DNA of 64,000 nucleotides. Source: Lama guanicoe. Taxonomy: Eukaryota. The DNA lies in the NCBI GenBank assembly GCA_013239625.1, contig MU053881.1, positions 6,719,957-6,783,956 of the forward strand. Direction: 5' to 3'. Made by a program: the position numbers and the translations under genes. Positions 50,749 to 62,847 of the stretch are shown piece by piece (the stretch's first letter is position 1; each line of letters begins with the position of its first letter). A model generated the notes under the pieces. The model ran no database searches. It was not told the origin of the DNA and saw nothing but the letters and a program-made list of their open reading frames with translations.

Positions 50749-51400
50749 GGCAGCGAAGACTTGTGTGCGACTTGGGACCCCGGGCCCTGCCCCTCCCCTC
50801 CCCTGGAAAGAAATCAGTGTGGATCTTCTCCTCCGAATTGGAGGAGGGAAAAAAGCACCCGGCAGCTCGCCCGCAGCTTGGTATTCAGCGAGCGTGGGGC
50901 CGGGGCGCTGGGAACCGTGTCTTTCCTTCTTCAGCCCCGCACATGCACTGACTCACAGGGGCCAGCCGCTCCTGGTGAGCCTTCGGACCCGGGCCCGGCC
51001 GCTTTGCCCGCCGAGGGCCGAGGACGATGCCCCGGAGCCCGCCTGGCGCTGGACACGGGGCTGGCGCGCCCGCCGGGCACAGGCTCCCGAGCCAGAGCCG
51101 CGTGCGGTGCGGGAGTCGCGCTCTGCCCGCCCCTCCTGCCGCACGCTCGGCCCCCCTCCCGGCGCTCGCTCGGGCTGGGTCTCGGGGGGCCGAGTACCAA
51201 TCATGAATGAACGGAGCCGCGCGCCTGCCTGCCTGCCTGCCTGCCGGAGCCCGGGGCGCGAGAGCGGCCGGCGGGTAACCCCGGAGGGGCGGGGCCGGGG
51301 GGCACGAGGGCAGCGCGGACGCGGACGCCCGGCGGGTGGGTGGGGTTCGGGGGGCAGCAGATTGCCCCCCGGAGGAACGCGCGCGCGCGCGTGCGTGTGT
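50690..51400 (-). promoter_or_regulatory. KCNIP1: CpG-island promoter and GC-rich 5'UTR of the KCNIP1 exon-Ib transcript
   Basis: Very high GC and dense CpG, unlike the rest of the window. GC box GGGGCGGGGC at 51286-51295, CCAAT at 51197-51201, (CTGC)n at ~51223-51245, no TATA box. Directly upstream of the KCNIP1 ATG. The exact TSS cannot be determined from sequence. Confidence 0.88.
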
Positions 51401-53299
51401 GTGTCCTTGTGTGGGGTGCACTGGTTCATCTGACTTCAAGGGAAATCTTATTTAACCCACCGTGGGAATTCGTACGGTGGGGGAAAACTCTCCTCAACCC
51501 AGGGAGGGATGAAAACCACACATCCAACTGGGATGTGTTGGGAGGAGGGTGCCCTTCTGCTCCTCCAACGCCAGGGCCACCTTTGAATGACAGGGAACTG
51601 CGGATGGGGAAGGGGCCCTAGGGCCCTTTAGACACTTCCTTACTCTTGTTTCTCCCCCCTCTCTCTCCCTCCTTCATCCCCAAGAATTTATTAGCCATCG
51701 GTTAGGAGCAGGGTGTGAGTTACTGCTGAGGGGGTAATGGCTGAGTTGGGGAAGCGGTCTCCCTGCTGTGAGCTCTCTCTACGGATGCACAGGCCCCCAG
51801 CCCCTGTCTTGGCTTCTCATGTGAAAGGGCGGAGAGTTTGGGTCCATTTCCAGTCCTCCAGTTGTGGATTCCCCTTAGGCATCTCCCCTCCTTTGCTCCC
51901 TGGAAGCCTGAGGAACAGACTCCCAAGCCAGAGCGTCATGCGGTGCGGAAGTGGGAAGTCGCGCTCTGCCCGCCCCTCCTGCCGCAAGCTCGGCTCCCCT
52001 CATTGCTCCCCATCCCTCCTCCAAGTCCAAGCTGCCTGGGTTCCCATTATAAACAGTGTTTGTAGATCATAAGGCTCTCGACATATGGCCTCGTAAGCAT
52101 GTACATACACGTAGTCACACAAACATATGAGCACAGGCCCCGCGAGCCCACACAGACAGTGGTGGTGTACACACAGACTCACAGCCCACAGCACCCCCAC
52201 ACACAAACACAGAGGCATGCAGATGCCCACACAGTCAGTGCGAAAGACCATTACAGTCACCCACTTTCACACCGACTCAAAGCCACACAGGCATACGGTT
52301 GTACCACAAGGGTATGGGGCCCTCAGGAGCTGCTCCTCCTCATTCCAGCCCATTAGCTGCCCTTCCAAGGACACAGGTGTCCTGTGACTTGGCCAGGGAT
52401 CCTGACTAGTTTTATTCACCTATTTGGCCCTTGATGCTTTCTCAAATCCTAGCACATGTCCTGCTTTGTGCAACTGGGAAGGTGCATTTAATAACATCCA
52501 TCCATCTCATTTGTATTGCCCGTTGCTATACAGCTCACATCATCTCACACCCTGTGAGTTAGGCAGGTCATGTTTAATCATCACCACAGAGGGAAACTGA
52601 GGCTTACTGAGGGCAAGAAATTTGCCTGCAGTTACCCAGCAAGGATGTGCGATTAGAACTTGGAGCCCAGGGTTCTGTCGCCACATCCTGGGGACCCTCT
52701 TATGGGCAGAAAGGGACACTGGGGGCCACTGGGCTGGGGAGCTCTCCTCTGGACCCCACCAGATTCAAAGCCTCAGCTCTCCTAACTGCCAAGTCAGGGC
52801 TTATCTATGTCCAGGAGGCTTGGATTCTGGATGATGGAGAAGGACAGGTAGGCGCCGGCCCCACCTCCTTCATTCCCTCCTTGCTGGGGAAGAAAGGCTA
52901 AGGTGAAGCTGAAGCCTGGGGTCACAAGAGGACCCACTAGGATGGCGGGACTCATGGATCAGAGGGATCTTTGCTGGAGAGAGGGTGATGGTGCAGCTCC
53001 AGGCTTCGCAAATGTCTCTGGATGGAGCATGGAGCCACTTCACCCTCAGGCCTCTGCTCATCTCCGCACTACCTGAAGGTCAGTACCAGCACTTGAGAGT
53101 TTACAAAAGGCTGGGATGCTATTCTCACATTTCCTCCTCCACCCCACAACCCTCTGAAGAAGCAGAGTAGAAGTGAGTTGTCCCATTTTACACATAGAAA
53201 TATAAAGTGCCTCTAGAGGAGTTCACGTCTGGTCATCTCTGAGCAGTGAGAATAAAGTGAAATCACTGAGATAAAGTTCAAACCACTGAGTGGGAATTA

Positions 53300-53765
53300 T
53301 GAGGCCCTTTTGTGGCCTGGATTCATCTCCTAAGCCCCTACTCCCTTTGGGGCTCCAACCACACAGACCCTCACTAGTCCCTAATGTGCCCTCTGTGGTT
53401 GTGCTTCAGGGCCTTTGCACATGCTGCGTCCGTTGCCTAGAATGTCGCTCAGCTCTTTCTCCATCTGACAACCTCAATTTATCCTTGAAGATCTACTTCA
53501 AGGTGTCATTGCCCTCAGGAATCCCTCCCTGGCTCCAAGTGGTTCCCCTCTTGGGGTTCCATAAGCACTCGGGGCCTCTTTCCCATCAGAGCACTCACTA
53601 CCTTGCATCTCATTGTCCCCTTCTCTATCTGTCTCTCCCTCTGGACTGCAAGGTCCTTAAGAGCAGGGACTGCTACTGATGTAGCTCTACACTGTCTGCT
53701 TAACCCCTGGTTTCAGACAGGGGTGCAGTCAGACGGTGTTCAATAAATGAATAAAGGAATGAACA
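53300..53765 (+). mobile_element. LINE-2 3' region
   Basis: cagggcctttgcacatgctg...ctggactgcaaggtccttaagagcagggac...ttcaataaatgaataaaggaatgaa. Confidence 0.7.
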
Positions 53766-53988
53766 AACTAATTTTCTTTGCTCAGTGACCCAATTAGTAA
53801 GTAAAAAGTGATGATTACCAGATCGTCCTTGCCCTTCAAAGAAAGCAGCACACTCTCCCAAGTTAAGATCCATTCATTCCACAAATATTTGTTCAATCAT
53901 AGATCAACCGTGCACCAGATATTTACATGCACAAGAGCTCATTTATTCCTGATGATGCCCTGTGTGGTAGGTTTTATCTACAGATAAA

Positions 53989-54022
53989 TACACACACACA
54001 CACACACACACACACGCACGCG
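53989..54022. repeat. (CA)n microsatellite running into cgcacgcg
   Basis: Directly visible. Confidence 0.9.
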
Positions 54023-54375
54023 TGTGCATGCTGTGTGATGCAGCAGACATCACCCGTGAGGTGCTCACAAAGAATGCGTCTAAGTAGGAATGCACAATAA
54101 GCGTGAGGAACAAGAGAGAAAAAGAAGCCAGCAGCCACACTCCTTGCCTCTTGGGAACGTGCAAAAGAGAACTGCATGGAGAGGGAGGGAGTCCCCCCAT
54201 CTCTCACCTGGCTGTAAGGTCCATTTGTCCTGCAGCCCCGGACGTGGTGTGCTTGCTAAAATGATCTTGCCAGCCCCAACCAGCTTGGGCTTCAATGGCT
54301 GTGGCTCCCTCTAGATCTGGAAGGTGAGCTAGTTCCAGCATCATCTCCAGCCCTGATCCCCTCCCTCATCCACCT

Positions 54376-54767
54376 TATGTGGACTGACTGTTTGTGTCCT
54401 CCCCAAATTCATAAGTTGAAGCCCTAACCCCCAGAGTGGTTGCATTTGGAGATGGAGGCTCCAAAGAAAAAAATAAGGTTTAAATGGGGTCGTAAGGGTG
54501 AGACCCCGAGGGTGAGATCCTTAAAAGTATAGACATCAAAGGGTCCCTGCCATTCCCCAACACATGATCAAGGAGAGACCAGGTGCACTCACGGCGAGGA
54601 GAAAGCAGCCATCTGCAGTCCAAGGGGAGAGCTCTCACCAGACACCAGCCCAGCTGGCACCTTGATCTTGGACTTCAGGTCTCCAAGACTGTGAGAAAAT
54701 ACATTGCTGTTGCTTACGCCATGCAGTCTGAGGCATCTCACTATAGCAGCTTGAGCAGACTAGTACA
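54376..54767 (+). mobile_element. MaLR solo LTR (MLT1A/B-like)
   Basis: tggactgactgtttgtgtcctccccaaattcataagttgaagccctaacccc...gctggcaccttgatcttggacttc...ctatagcagcttgagcagactagtaca. Confidence 0.85.
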
Positions 54768-57700
54768 CGCTCACAGGGCCTGTCTTTGGAGGCAAGGCCT
54801 TGCCTTCCCTCTGATGTGAGCCCCTCTGTAAGACTCCTTAGGGTACCCCTGGGAGGCTGCGCAGGGAGGAGAGGGTAAGATTGTCAAGGACCCGCAGAGA
54901 TCCTGTTACAGCAGGCGTGTGCTTGTCTGTTTATGTAACACATATACTGTTCCTTGCCTCCCTCCCTCATCACTCAGCCGTGCCCCTTCCCGTCCTTGTG
55001 GGCAAGGGCAGTTCACCGAGCTCCCACCACCTGCGGAGGCAGCAGTGTCAGATTAAATGCATGAATCTGGGGGGCTGCTAGAACTGGGACAGACCCTGAT
55101 TTTGTTGTCCCTTGTTAGTTGTGTGACTTTGGGCCCACGTCCACCTTCTGTGGACTATGTTAGTGCCTACCTCGTGGTTTGGCCAGGAAGAGTGGTGAGG
55201 TCACGGTTGTGAGGCTCCAGGAGGTGCCTGGCACAGCGTGAGGCTGGTGACGGAGGGTGCACTGCCACTAGCTCGTTGCCGAGGGCCAGCCATTGTGCGG
55301 GGCTAGAGCCGCGTGGAAACGAGTAAGTCGCAACCTTCCCCTTGGCTTCCATCTTAGCTCTTCATCTGTTTTATAGGATATCTATTCTCAGGGTCCCCAT
55401 CTGGTATTAAGAGACTCAGACTAGTTAAGGAAGGGAATGTAGTTGGCACCTGATCATGTGCAATTCAGCACTATGCTAGCTGCTGTCTTGTACCATTTCC
55501 CAAATGTTCCACATGCATAAGTCTGGCCTCCTCAAATAGACTGTGAGCTGTTGGAAAGCAAAGCATGCGCTTCCCCTCCCTGTCCCCTCCGCCATGGCTC
55601 AGCCTGGCCCAGGACGTCCTAAGGGTTCCACAGAGACTCACTCTGAGATCGCTCAGGGCAGGGAAAGGGCACATCCTTTAGGCCTGGGATCAAGTCCCAC
55701 CTCTCTTCCCACATATGCCTCTGGGCCTGGGCGGCTTCATCTGTGAAGTGTGAATAAGACCCCTTCGAGGGTTGGTGCAAGGACTCGGTCAGATAAAGTA
55801 AAGGGGAAGGGCTTTGTCTCTCTGCAAAGCACTCTGCAAATGGCCTTTATTATTATTTGCTCTGAGGCACATTTAGTTTTTCATTCGTTCATTCGACATA
55901 TTTTTATTAAGCACTGTCTCCTCGCCAGGTATTTACTTTCAATACATGGATCAGTAATGAACAAGAAGAGGCCAGAGCCCCTCCTCTCAGAGCTGGTGGT
56001 CTAGGGCTGAAGACAACCGAATCCTCTCCTCATCACAAACTGCAATCGGGAGGGAACAGGTGAGTTTGGGGTGAGGTGGTGTGGGACGCTTGGAGAAGCC
56101 ACGTGGGACAATGTTTTGCAAACTACAAATGATGTCACAAGTGATACCAAGGATATCAGGCTTCAAATTCGGGGTTTGTTTTGTGACCTTGAACATGTTA
56201 TTTGACCTCTGAAAGCCTTGGTTTCTGCACATCTGCAAGAGGAGCAATCCTACCAACGCCTGTGGCAGGGTGAGGCTGAAGGCGACTGTGATTGCAGGAG
56301 CACCCGGCACAGGGCTTCCCTGGCTGAACACAGTCCTGGCTCAGGAAATGCTAACTCCACTCCTCAGTTTCCTCTTTGGGTCTCCTTTGCAAGCACCTTC
56401 TTCTCCACCTTCCCAGGAGCAAAAAAAGAGCTTGGAACAGGACTTAAGCTTGGGAAGGGCCTCTCCTGGCCACATCCTCATGCACCAAGCGTGGCCTCAT
56501 CTGTCAAGTTTGATCACACTCCTTCAGGGAGCGAGGCTGACACGGGCTGCGGGGACGCAGGGGAAGCCAGGACACAGGCTCTGCCTTCATGTTCTGATGG
56601 CTGCACTGCCCCCAAGGGTCCCCCCTTCATGCTCCAGTGCTGGAACTGTCTCCACCAGGGGCTGAGATGAGTTCAGACAGAGTGCAGCCACCCACGCAGC
56701 CCAGACACTGGCAGCAAAGCCCTTCTGAGTTACCCAGATCCAGGCAGGGAGGAACGACATTCCAGAGCACCTTGCTTGCACTATCTGAAGCAACATTAGG
56801 TGTCCTGGAGGCCAGAGAAATCGTGGGTGCCGCACCAGACCTGGCACAAGGTAGGTGCTTTGTGAAATTGATCAAATGGCTCTCTGGGGGCGGATGGAAG
56901 GATGCATGGAAGGAGGAAAGGTGGAGAGGTGGATTCAAATATGTTCAAATGTTTAAGTATCCGATGAAACCTGTGAAACTTCTTCCCCAAAATAACTGCA
57001 CACACGCACTCACACTTTGCACGAGCACATCTGTGGACACCTCGTCAAGAAACTCTGTCCTAGGAGGAAAGATTATACTGAGGGATTTGATCCAGTCATT
57101 GCTTAGCTATGTGACTTTAACTTCTCCGAGCCTCAGTTTCAATTTCTGTAAAAACGGGAGTAATAATTGTGCCTATTTCTTAGGGTTGCTGTGAAATGAG
57201 AAGAAGCTTTCAGGTGCTTTAGCATAGGGTTCGGCAGTTTACAAAGTTCCACGAAGCATGCTGTCATCATTAACATCATCATTAACCTTCACTTACTCAT
57301 TCATTCAGTCACATTTTGGTGAGTGCATTTCATGAGTGTTTCCTGGTTATCACACCCTGAATGAGTCTCTGGGGTTGCAGAAGTTTTTGTTCGCTGACTT
57401 GGAGAACTCACAGTTTAAGGGGTGAAGGGTAGATAAACAGCTCCCTATGACACCCCGGACTTCACCAAGAAACAGTGGGAATGACCTCTCCAGCTCTGCC
57501 GGTGACAAAACAGGCCCCTGACCCTGGCCAGTTTTGACCTGCAAGATGGGGGTGGGGGGGTGAGTTAGGGCAGCTCAGGAAGGCACAGGTGAGGGAGGAG
57601 GTGGGGTGGAGAAATCAAGGGTAGAACTGGATGGAGAGGGATGGGGCTGGAGCTGGTGCAGGTGAGAGTGGGGGGCAGAGCAGGGCTGAAGTGGGGCAGG

Positions 57701-57899
57701 GGTGGCCCTGGTTGATTGCCACAGCAGTGCAGCAGGGTAGACAGGTGATGCTGAAATGGCTGGGGCAATGGGGACAGAAACCATGGGCAGAATTTCTTAC
57801 CTTTCTAAAGTGTGTGCATCATATGGATTCACAATCTTGGGTAAATGACCAGGAATCAGCTGTGTTCACTCCTCTGGTCTCCTTGGGTTATATAACAAT

Positions 57900-58140
57900 T
57901 ATATTAATAGTGATAGCCGCCATCTACAGAATTCTTACTACAAGCTAGTCATGTGCCTGGTCCCACTTCACCATTTCGATACCCTGTAAGGTAGATACTC
58001 TCATTATCTCCCATTTTATATATGAGAGAACCAAAGCACAGAGAGGTTAAGTGACCTGCCCAACGTCACACAGCAAGTAAGTGGTAGAGCTGGCCTTGAA
58101 CTTAGATGATCCGACTCCAGAGCCCACACTTCTTGTCTAA
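57900..58140 (-). mobile_element. MIR SINE
   Basis: cccattttatatatgagagaaccaaagcacagagaggttaagtgacctgcccaacgtcacacagcaagtaagtggtagagctgg...ccgactccagagccc. Confidence 0.8.
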
Positions 58141-59439
58141 CTCTAAGTCCTCCAGCAGCTGTTGCAACTGATTTCTTCTAGCACTATTTCTCTGGGGATG
58201 CACGGGAATGGGGTAGCATCTTAGAGCTGAGGGACAGATGCAGAGGGGAGGTGCAGAGTCTGGCCCTCTGATGGCAGGTGCTGCTCTCACCCATACTCTT
58301 AGTGCCTGGGAGCTGCAGCTGTGGCCACCAGCCTGCGGGGATGCACACAGTGTCTCATTTTCCTTCAGGGCTTCTATGGACTGAAGACCCCAGAGGAAGT
58401 GAGCAGGGATGGGAGGAGGGAGCAGCAACCACGCGGCGTGATGATTAGTAATAATGCCAGCGATGAACGCCCCTGGCCCTGCACGGCCGGCTGAACCTGT
58501 CAGCGCAGGCTCCCAGCTTCCCAGCCCCGCTGCAGCAACTGGAGCCTGAAGAGAGAGGAAGGAAAGTGGAAAAGAATCGTGGTTGCTGTCACGCTGAGGG
58601 CTGACTCCGGGACCAGGCTGCAGAACTGAGGCAACCTAAAACGACCAGGTATCAGCAGATGTTTCCTTCCGTTTTGTCTTGTGACCAGCATACCCTCCTC
58701 CACAACTGAGACCTGTGGCATTTACTGCCTGGGGTGAAGATGACACAGAGACGATGGGGTCGCCGTTTTGGATTTCACTTACAAAGGCTCTGGCTTAAGA
58801 GGAAAGGCCAGGCGGAGCACTCAGCACGGAAACCCCAGACTTCGGGGAATCTGGGGGCTGAGACCCTGCTTGTTTCCGAAGTAGAGCCGCTGAGATTGGA
58901 CATGGCCCGGAGTCCCCCTTCTTCCAGCCCCTCCAACCCGCTATGTGGAACGTCGCACACTTTGCCGGCCTGTGCATCTTTCCTAGGAGTGAGATCCCTT
59001 CCTGTATCTCCCCGCTGAGTCTGGGAAGGAGGAGACTCTTTCCCCTGTCCCCATAAGGAATGTGGCCCCAGAAAGCCCCAGAGAACCAGCAAACATTGGT
59101 GCTAGGCTGGGGGTCCCTGCTGTGACCTGGATGGCACTGTGACCACAGAATGTACAGGAACCAGGACATCCGGAGGCTGACTGCTTGGAGAAGTGACCAG
59201 CTGCACTCCTGGTCGAGCCCACCCCACAACTTGATGCTTGTAAGCCTCCAGAAAAATATTCAGGCAATGCTGCAGTGGGGTGGGGCATCCCGAGTTTATT
59301 GAGATTTCGTTTCTACCTCCCAAAAAGAATGAATAGAAATTAAGCTCAGCAATTTAAGAAACAAGCAAAGCAACAATCCTGGCACACCAGAGGACGTTGC
59401 TGGAAATTCTTAGCTACTCCTAAAGCCTCTGTGGCTCTG

Positions 59440-59580
59440 CTCTCCTCTCCATTTTACAGATTAGCAAACTGAGGGTCAGAGAGGTGATGTGATTTGCCCA
59501 AGGCCACAAAGCTTGAGTGATGAGCTGTAGCCTCAGGGTTTGAACCCAGTTCTAGCTGTCCTCAACGCCCATGCTATTAC
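59440..59580 (-). mobile_element. MIR SINE
   Basis: ccattttacagattagcaaactgagggtcagagaggtgatgtgatttgcccaaggccaca...tttgaacccag. Confidence 0.7.
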
Positions 59581-61869
59581 CCATCAAGGGAAGAAAGCAG
59601 AGGAGCAGGAAAGGCAAGAGAAGGATGTTTGTTTGAGGAAACAGCAGGGGCAGGAAGAATGGATGGGGTGATAGGGAGCCCTCCCTTCTGGGATGAATGT
59701 CCTGGATCAGAGGAGAGTGGCTGCAAAGATCTTTTGTCCTGGCTTAGAGGACGCCACGAGGCATGTGCATTGAAGCTGGCACTCAGGTGAGATGGTAGGG
59801 TGGCAGGGGAAGGGAGTCGCAGCACCTCCAAGGAGCAGGGACACCGTCCTTCCTCCAGAGCACCCCGAGCAGCCCCCTGTGTGAGAAGCTGGACTGGCCT
59901 TATCTTCCGCTCCCCCGTTCTGAGGCTCCCTTCCTGGGCTGCCACAAGATACTGCTTGACATCAGCGGCTCTCAAGATGATTTCTGTTTCTGTTGTCCCT
60001 TCTTGCACTGGGCTGGTCCCTGGTGACTGAGGGGGTTGGACGCTCTAGCTGGTGCTGGGGAAGCTAATTGACAGTCCAGGGCTCTCTTTCTCTGGGCTGG
60101 CATTTGCATGCTGCATTAGTATTCGTGCCCGTAGCTCAGGGCTGTTCTGGAAGGAGGATGCTGTGCAGATGAGTGGTATGCTGTAAAGACTTGATGCAGT
60201 TTGCTAGAATCCAGGCCACCGAGTAAGAGGAAGCTGAGGAAGGCTGCAGAGGATACCAGGGCCCCTCGCCTGCTTCCCATACTGCCAGACAGAGTCTGCT
60301 GTCCATGATGTAAGAGCTCCCAGTCCCTCCAATGATTTGGCCATCTGAGCCCCCTCTCTGCCTCACTTGTCCTGTGATGGTGCCAGAGATGCAGAGAGAG
60401 GTGAAGTGGGCTTGTTCCCATCCCTCAGGAAGCTCACAGTCCTGTAAGGACAGTGGCATGTGAACTATTTTAAGACAGGGGGATGGGCCCAGGGCAATGA
60501 GCTCAGAGATCCACACCAGCTCAGAAAAGGGACATCTAATTCAACCCAGGGAATAAGAGTGGTGGTGGAGGGGGGAAGTCAGGCAAGGCTTTCCAAAAGA
60601 GAAGATGCTGGAGCTGGGTCTTGAAAGATGAATAGGAATTTACCAGCCAAACCCCACTGTGAACATATGACGTGTGCTCTTTAACTGGTTCCCCAAGAAT
60701 GGTGGTGCCCCGAAGAGCAGAGCAACAATTCATTTCTAATCTCGTTTATGGATTTCCTGAACCTATAGCTGGATGGACTTTGGAGAAAACAGGTCCAGCC
60801 ACCACAGGTGACTTGACTTGATAAAACCTGTGATAGATGATTGAAGTGAGGAACGGAGTCACCCAGGAACAATCAATCTTCCTAAAGCTCTCCAGGGATG
60901 GAAACTTTCCGGTTTCCATATGTAACCCTGATCCAGCATTTTACCATTTACCCAGAGCCAGTCTCATCAATGTCTCACCAATATCTGTTAATGTCTCACC
61001 GATGTCTGCTAAGCTGCAGAGGATGGAATGCCTTGCCTAAGAACCCTTCCTCAGCATCCCAAGCTGAGCACCAGGTGGGATGAGGAGCTCACAGTGATCG
61101 GGGATACAGATACTTTCCACAGTAGGAACTGAATGACTGGAGTGGGCGTAGGGGTCACTGAAGGGCTAGACCTGCACCCCAGGCTCTGATTCTGAAGGTG
61201 CACACCATCTCCAAAAATCTGAGATATCCTCCTTAGAAAACAAGTTCTGTGTTAGAATTACACCACTCAAAGCTAGAGAGGACTTTTTATGTCATATAGC
61301 TGGGCGCCTCATTTTATAGATGGCCCAGGGAGGGAAAGAATTTTGTTCAGGGACACGCAGGGAGAGAACACCAGAGTTGAGACTGTAACTCAGGCCTGTG
61401 GAAAGTGTCTTGCATGTTTTAAAATTACCAAAATTTGTCTTTGACTGTCACAACCTTCCTGCCAAAACCAGATCCAAATTAATTCTTGGCTTTCTATGAG
61501 GCATAACATTGTGGGCTTCTGTCCCAAAATGTATCTCCCTCATCTTTACTGAAATTCCCTCAAGATGAAGTAATAATCACATAAAGTTTAAACTACAAAT
61601 AGTTGGTACTTGACCTGGAATTCAGACTAAAGTATAAATGACTGATATTATCCCAAGAGCTAGATTTGCTATGTTGATGATTCGGAGAAAGTAAGGGCAC
61701 CGGAGACCTGAACTGCATGGAAGAGCGGAGACAAGGACCAGGAGAGTAGTCTAGGGCCTTCGGTAAATCAGGGAGGTGGGTGTGTGTTTAAACAATAGTA
61801 TGAGTCCTGGGGAAGAATTATTAGGTAACTTCCTTTTCACTTCTGCTCAAATGCTATCTTGTCTTATAT

Positions 61870-62424
61870 ATTCATTCATCCATTTATCCATCCATCCATT
61901 CATCTACCATTAATAAACATTCATCTGCAGGTGCTCCCATCTGCACCTGCCTGTCCCTGTTGTAGGTACTGGGACACGTCAGTGACCAAATGACATTTTT
62001 CTTGCCCTCAGGAGCTTCCATTCTCATAGGGAGGGGTGGGCAGGACATAAAGCAGTAGATAAACAAGTCAGGCCATGTCTGATGACCATAGGCACTGTAA
62101 GGACATGAGAAGGGCTCCCTGTGGCAGCTGAAGGCATCCACATGAGGCTGGAGGCCTCACTGAGGAAGGGAGATTAATTCTGAAATGTGAATGGTCAGCA
62201 GAAGTTCCTTATGTTTGGATTTGGGGTGAGAGAACTTGAGGTGAAGGAAATTGCAAGGCCCAGTCCCTGCAAAAGGAATGCACCTGATGGCTCCAGGCAT
62301 GGAGAAGAGGAAGGGGGAGAGGTTCCAGAGGAAGCCAGGGTTGGGGTCGGGGGGGGGGTCACGGTGTGCAGGGCTTGTGGTCCTTGGCACAGAGTTTGGA
62401 TTTTATGCTGAGAGCAATGAGGAG
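61870..62424 (-). mobile_element. LINE-2 fragment (3' end at left), interrupted by an L1
   Basis: (TCCA/TTCA)n L2 tail at 61871-61900, then taggtactgggacacgtcagtgacc...ttgccctcaggagctt...gagtttggattttatgctgagagcaatgaggagcc. Confidence 0.65.
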
Positions 62425-62438
62425 CCGTGGGAGAATTT

Positions 62439-62847
62439 CTTTTTCACTTTTTATTTTGAAAAGATGATAGGCTTCGAGGAAGTTGCAAAAAGAGTACAGA
62501 AGGGTCGAGTGTACCCTTTATCCAGTGCCCCCCAATGGTGACAGCTGACAATAACCATCACTATATAATTGACAAGTACAATTGTCAGTTGTGGATTGAC
62601 TTTGGTACAATCCACAGACCTTATTCAGATTTCACCAGTCTTACAGGCACTCATGAGTATGTGTGTACACATGCATGTGTGCGCACCTGTGCATGTGTGT
62701 GCGAGTGTGTTTCTGTGCCCTCCTATCACGTGTGTACATTGGTGTAACCACCAGCACAGTCAAGATACCCAACAGTTCCATCATCACAAAGGAACTAACT
62801 TGTCTGGGCTCCCCTTTTATAATTGCCCATCCCCCTGTCCCCTGTCA
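62439..62847 (-). mobile_element. L1MC/L1MD-like LINE-1 3'UTR with target-site duplication
   Basis: ttttattttgaaaag...ggaagttgcaaaaagagtacaga...gtgtaccctttatccagt...caatccacagaccttattcagatttcaccagt. A 14-bp TSD is visible: ccgtgggagaattt (62425-62438) and ccatgggagaattt (62848-62861), one mismatch. Confidence 0.8.

Noticed and set aside
50464..51439. Long overlapping ORFs of 158-248 aa on both strands across the CpG island
   Set aside because: Arg/Pro/Gly/Ala-rich products expected from stop-poor GC-rich DNA; no recognisable domain.
60969..61012. Small tandem duplications (21 bp x2 here; 10 bp x2.6 at 26288-26313; 16 bp x2 at 30099-30129)
   Set aside because: Ordinary slippage products with no sign of function.
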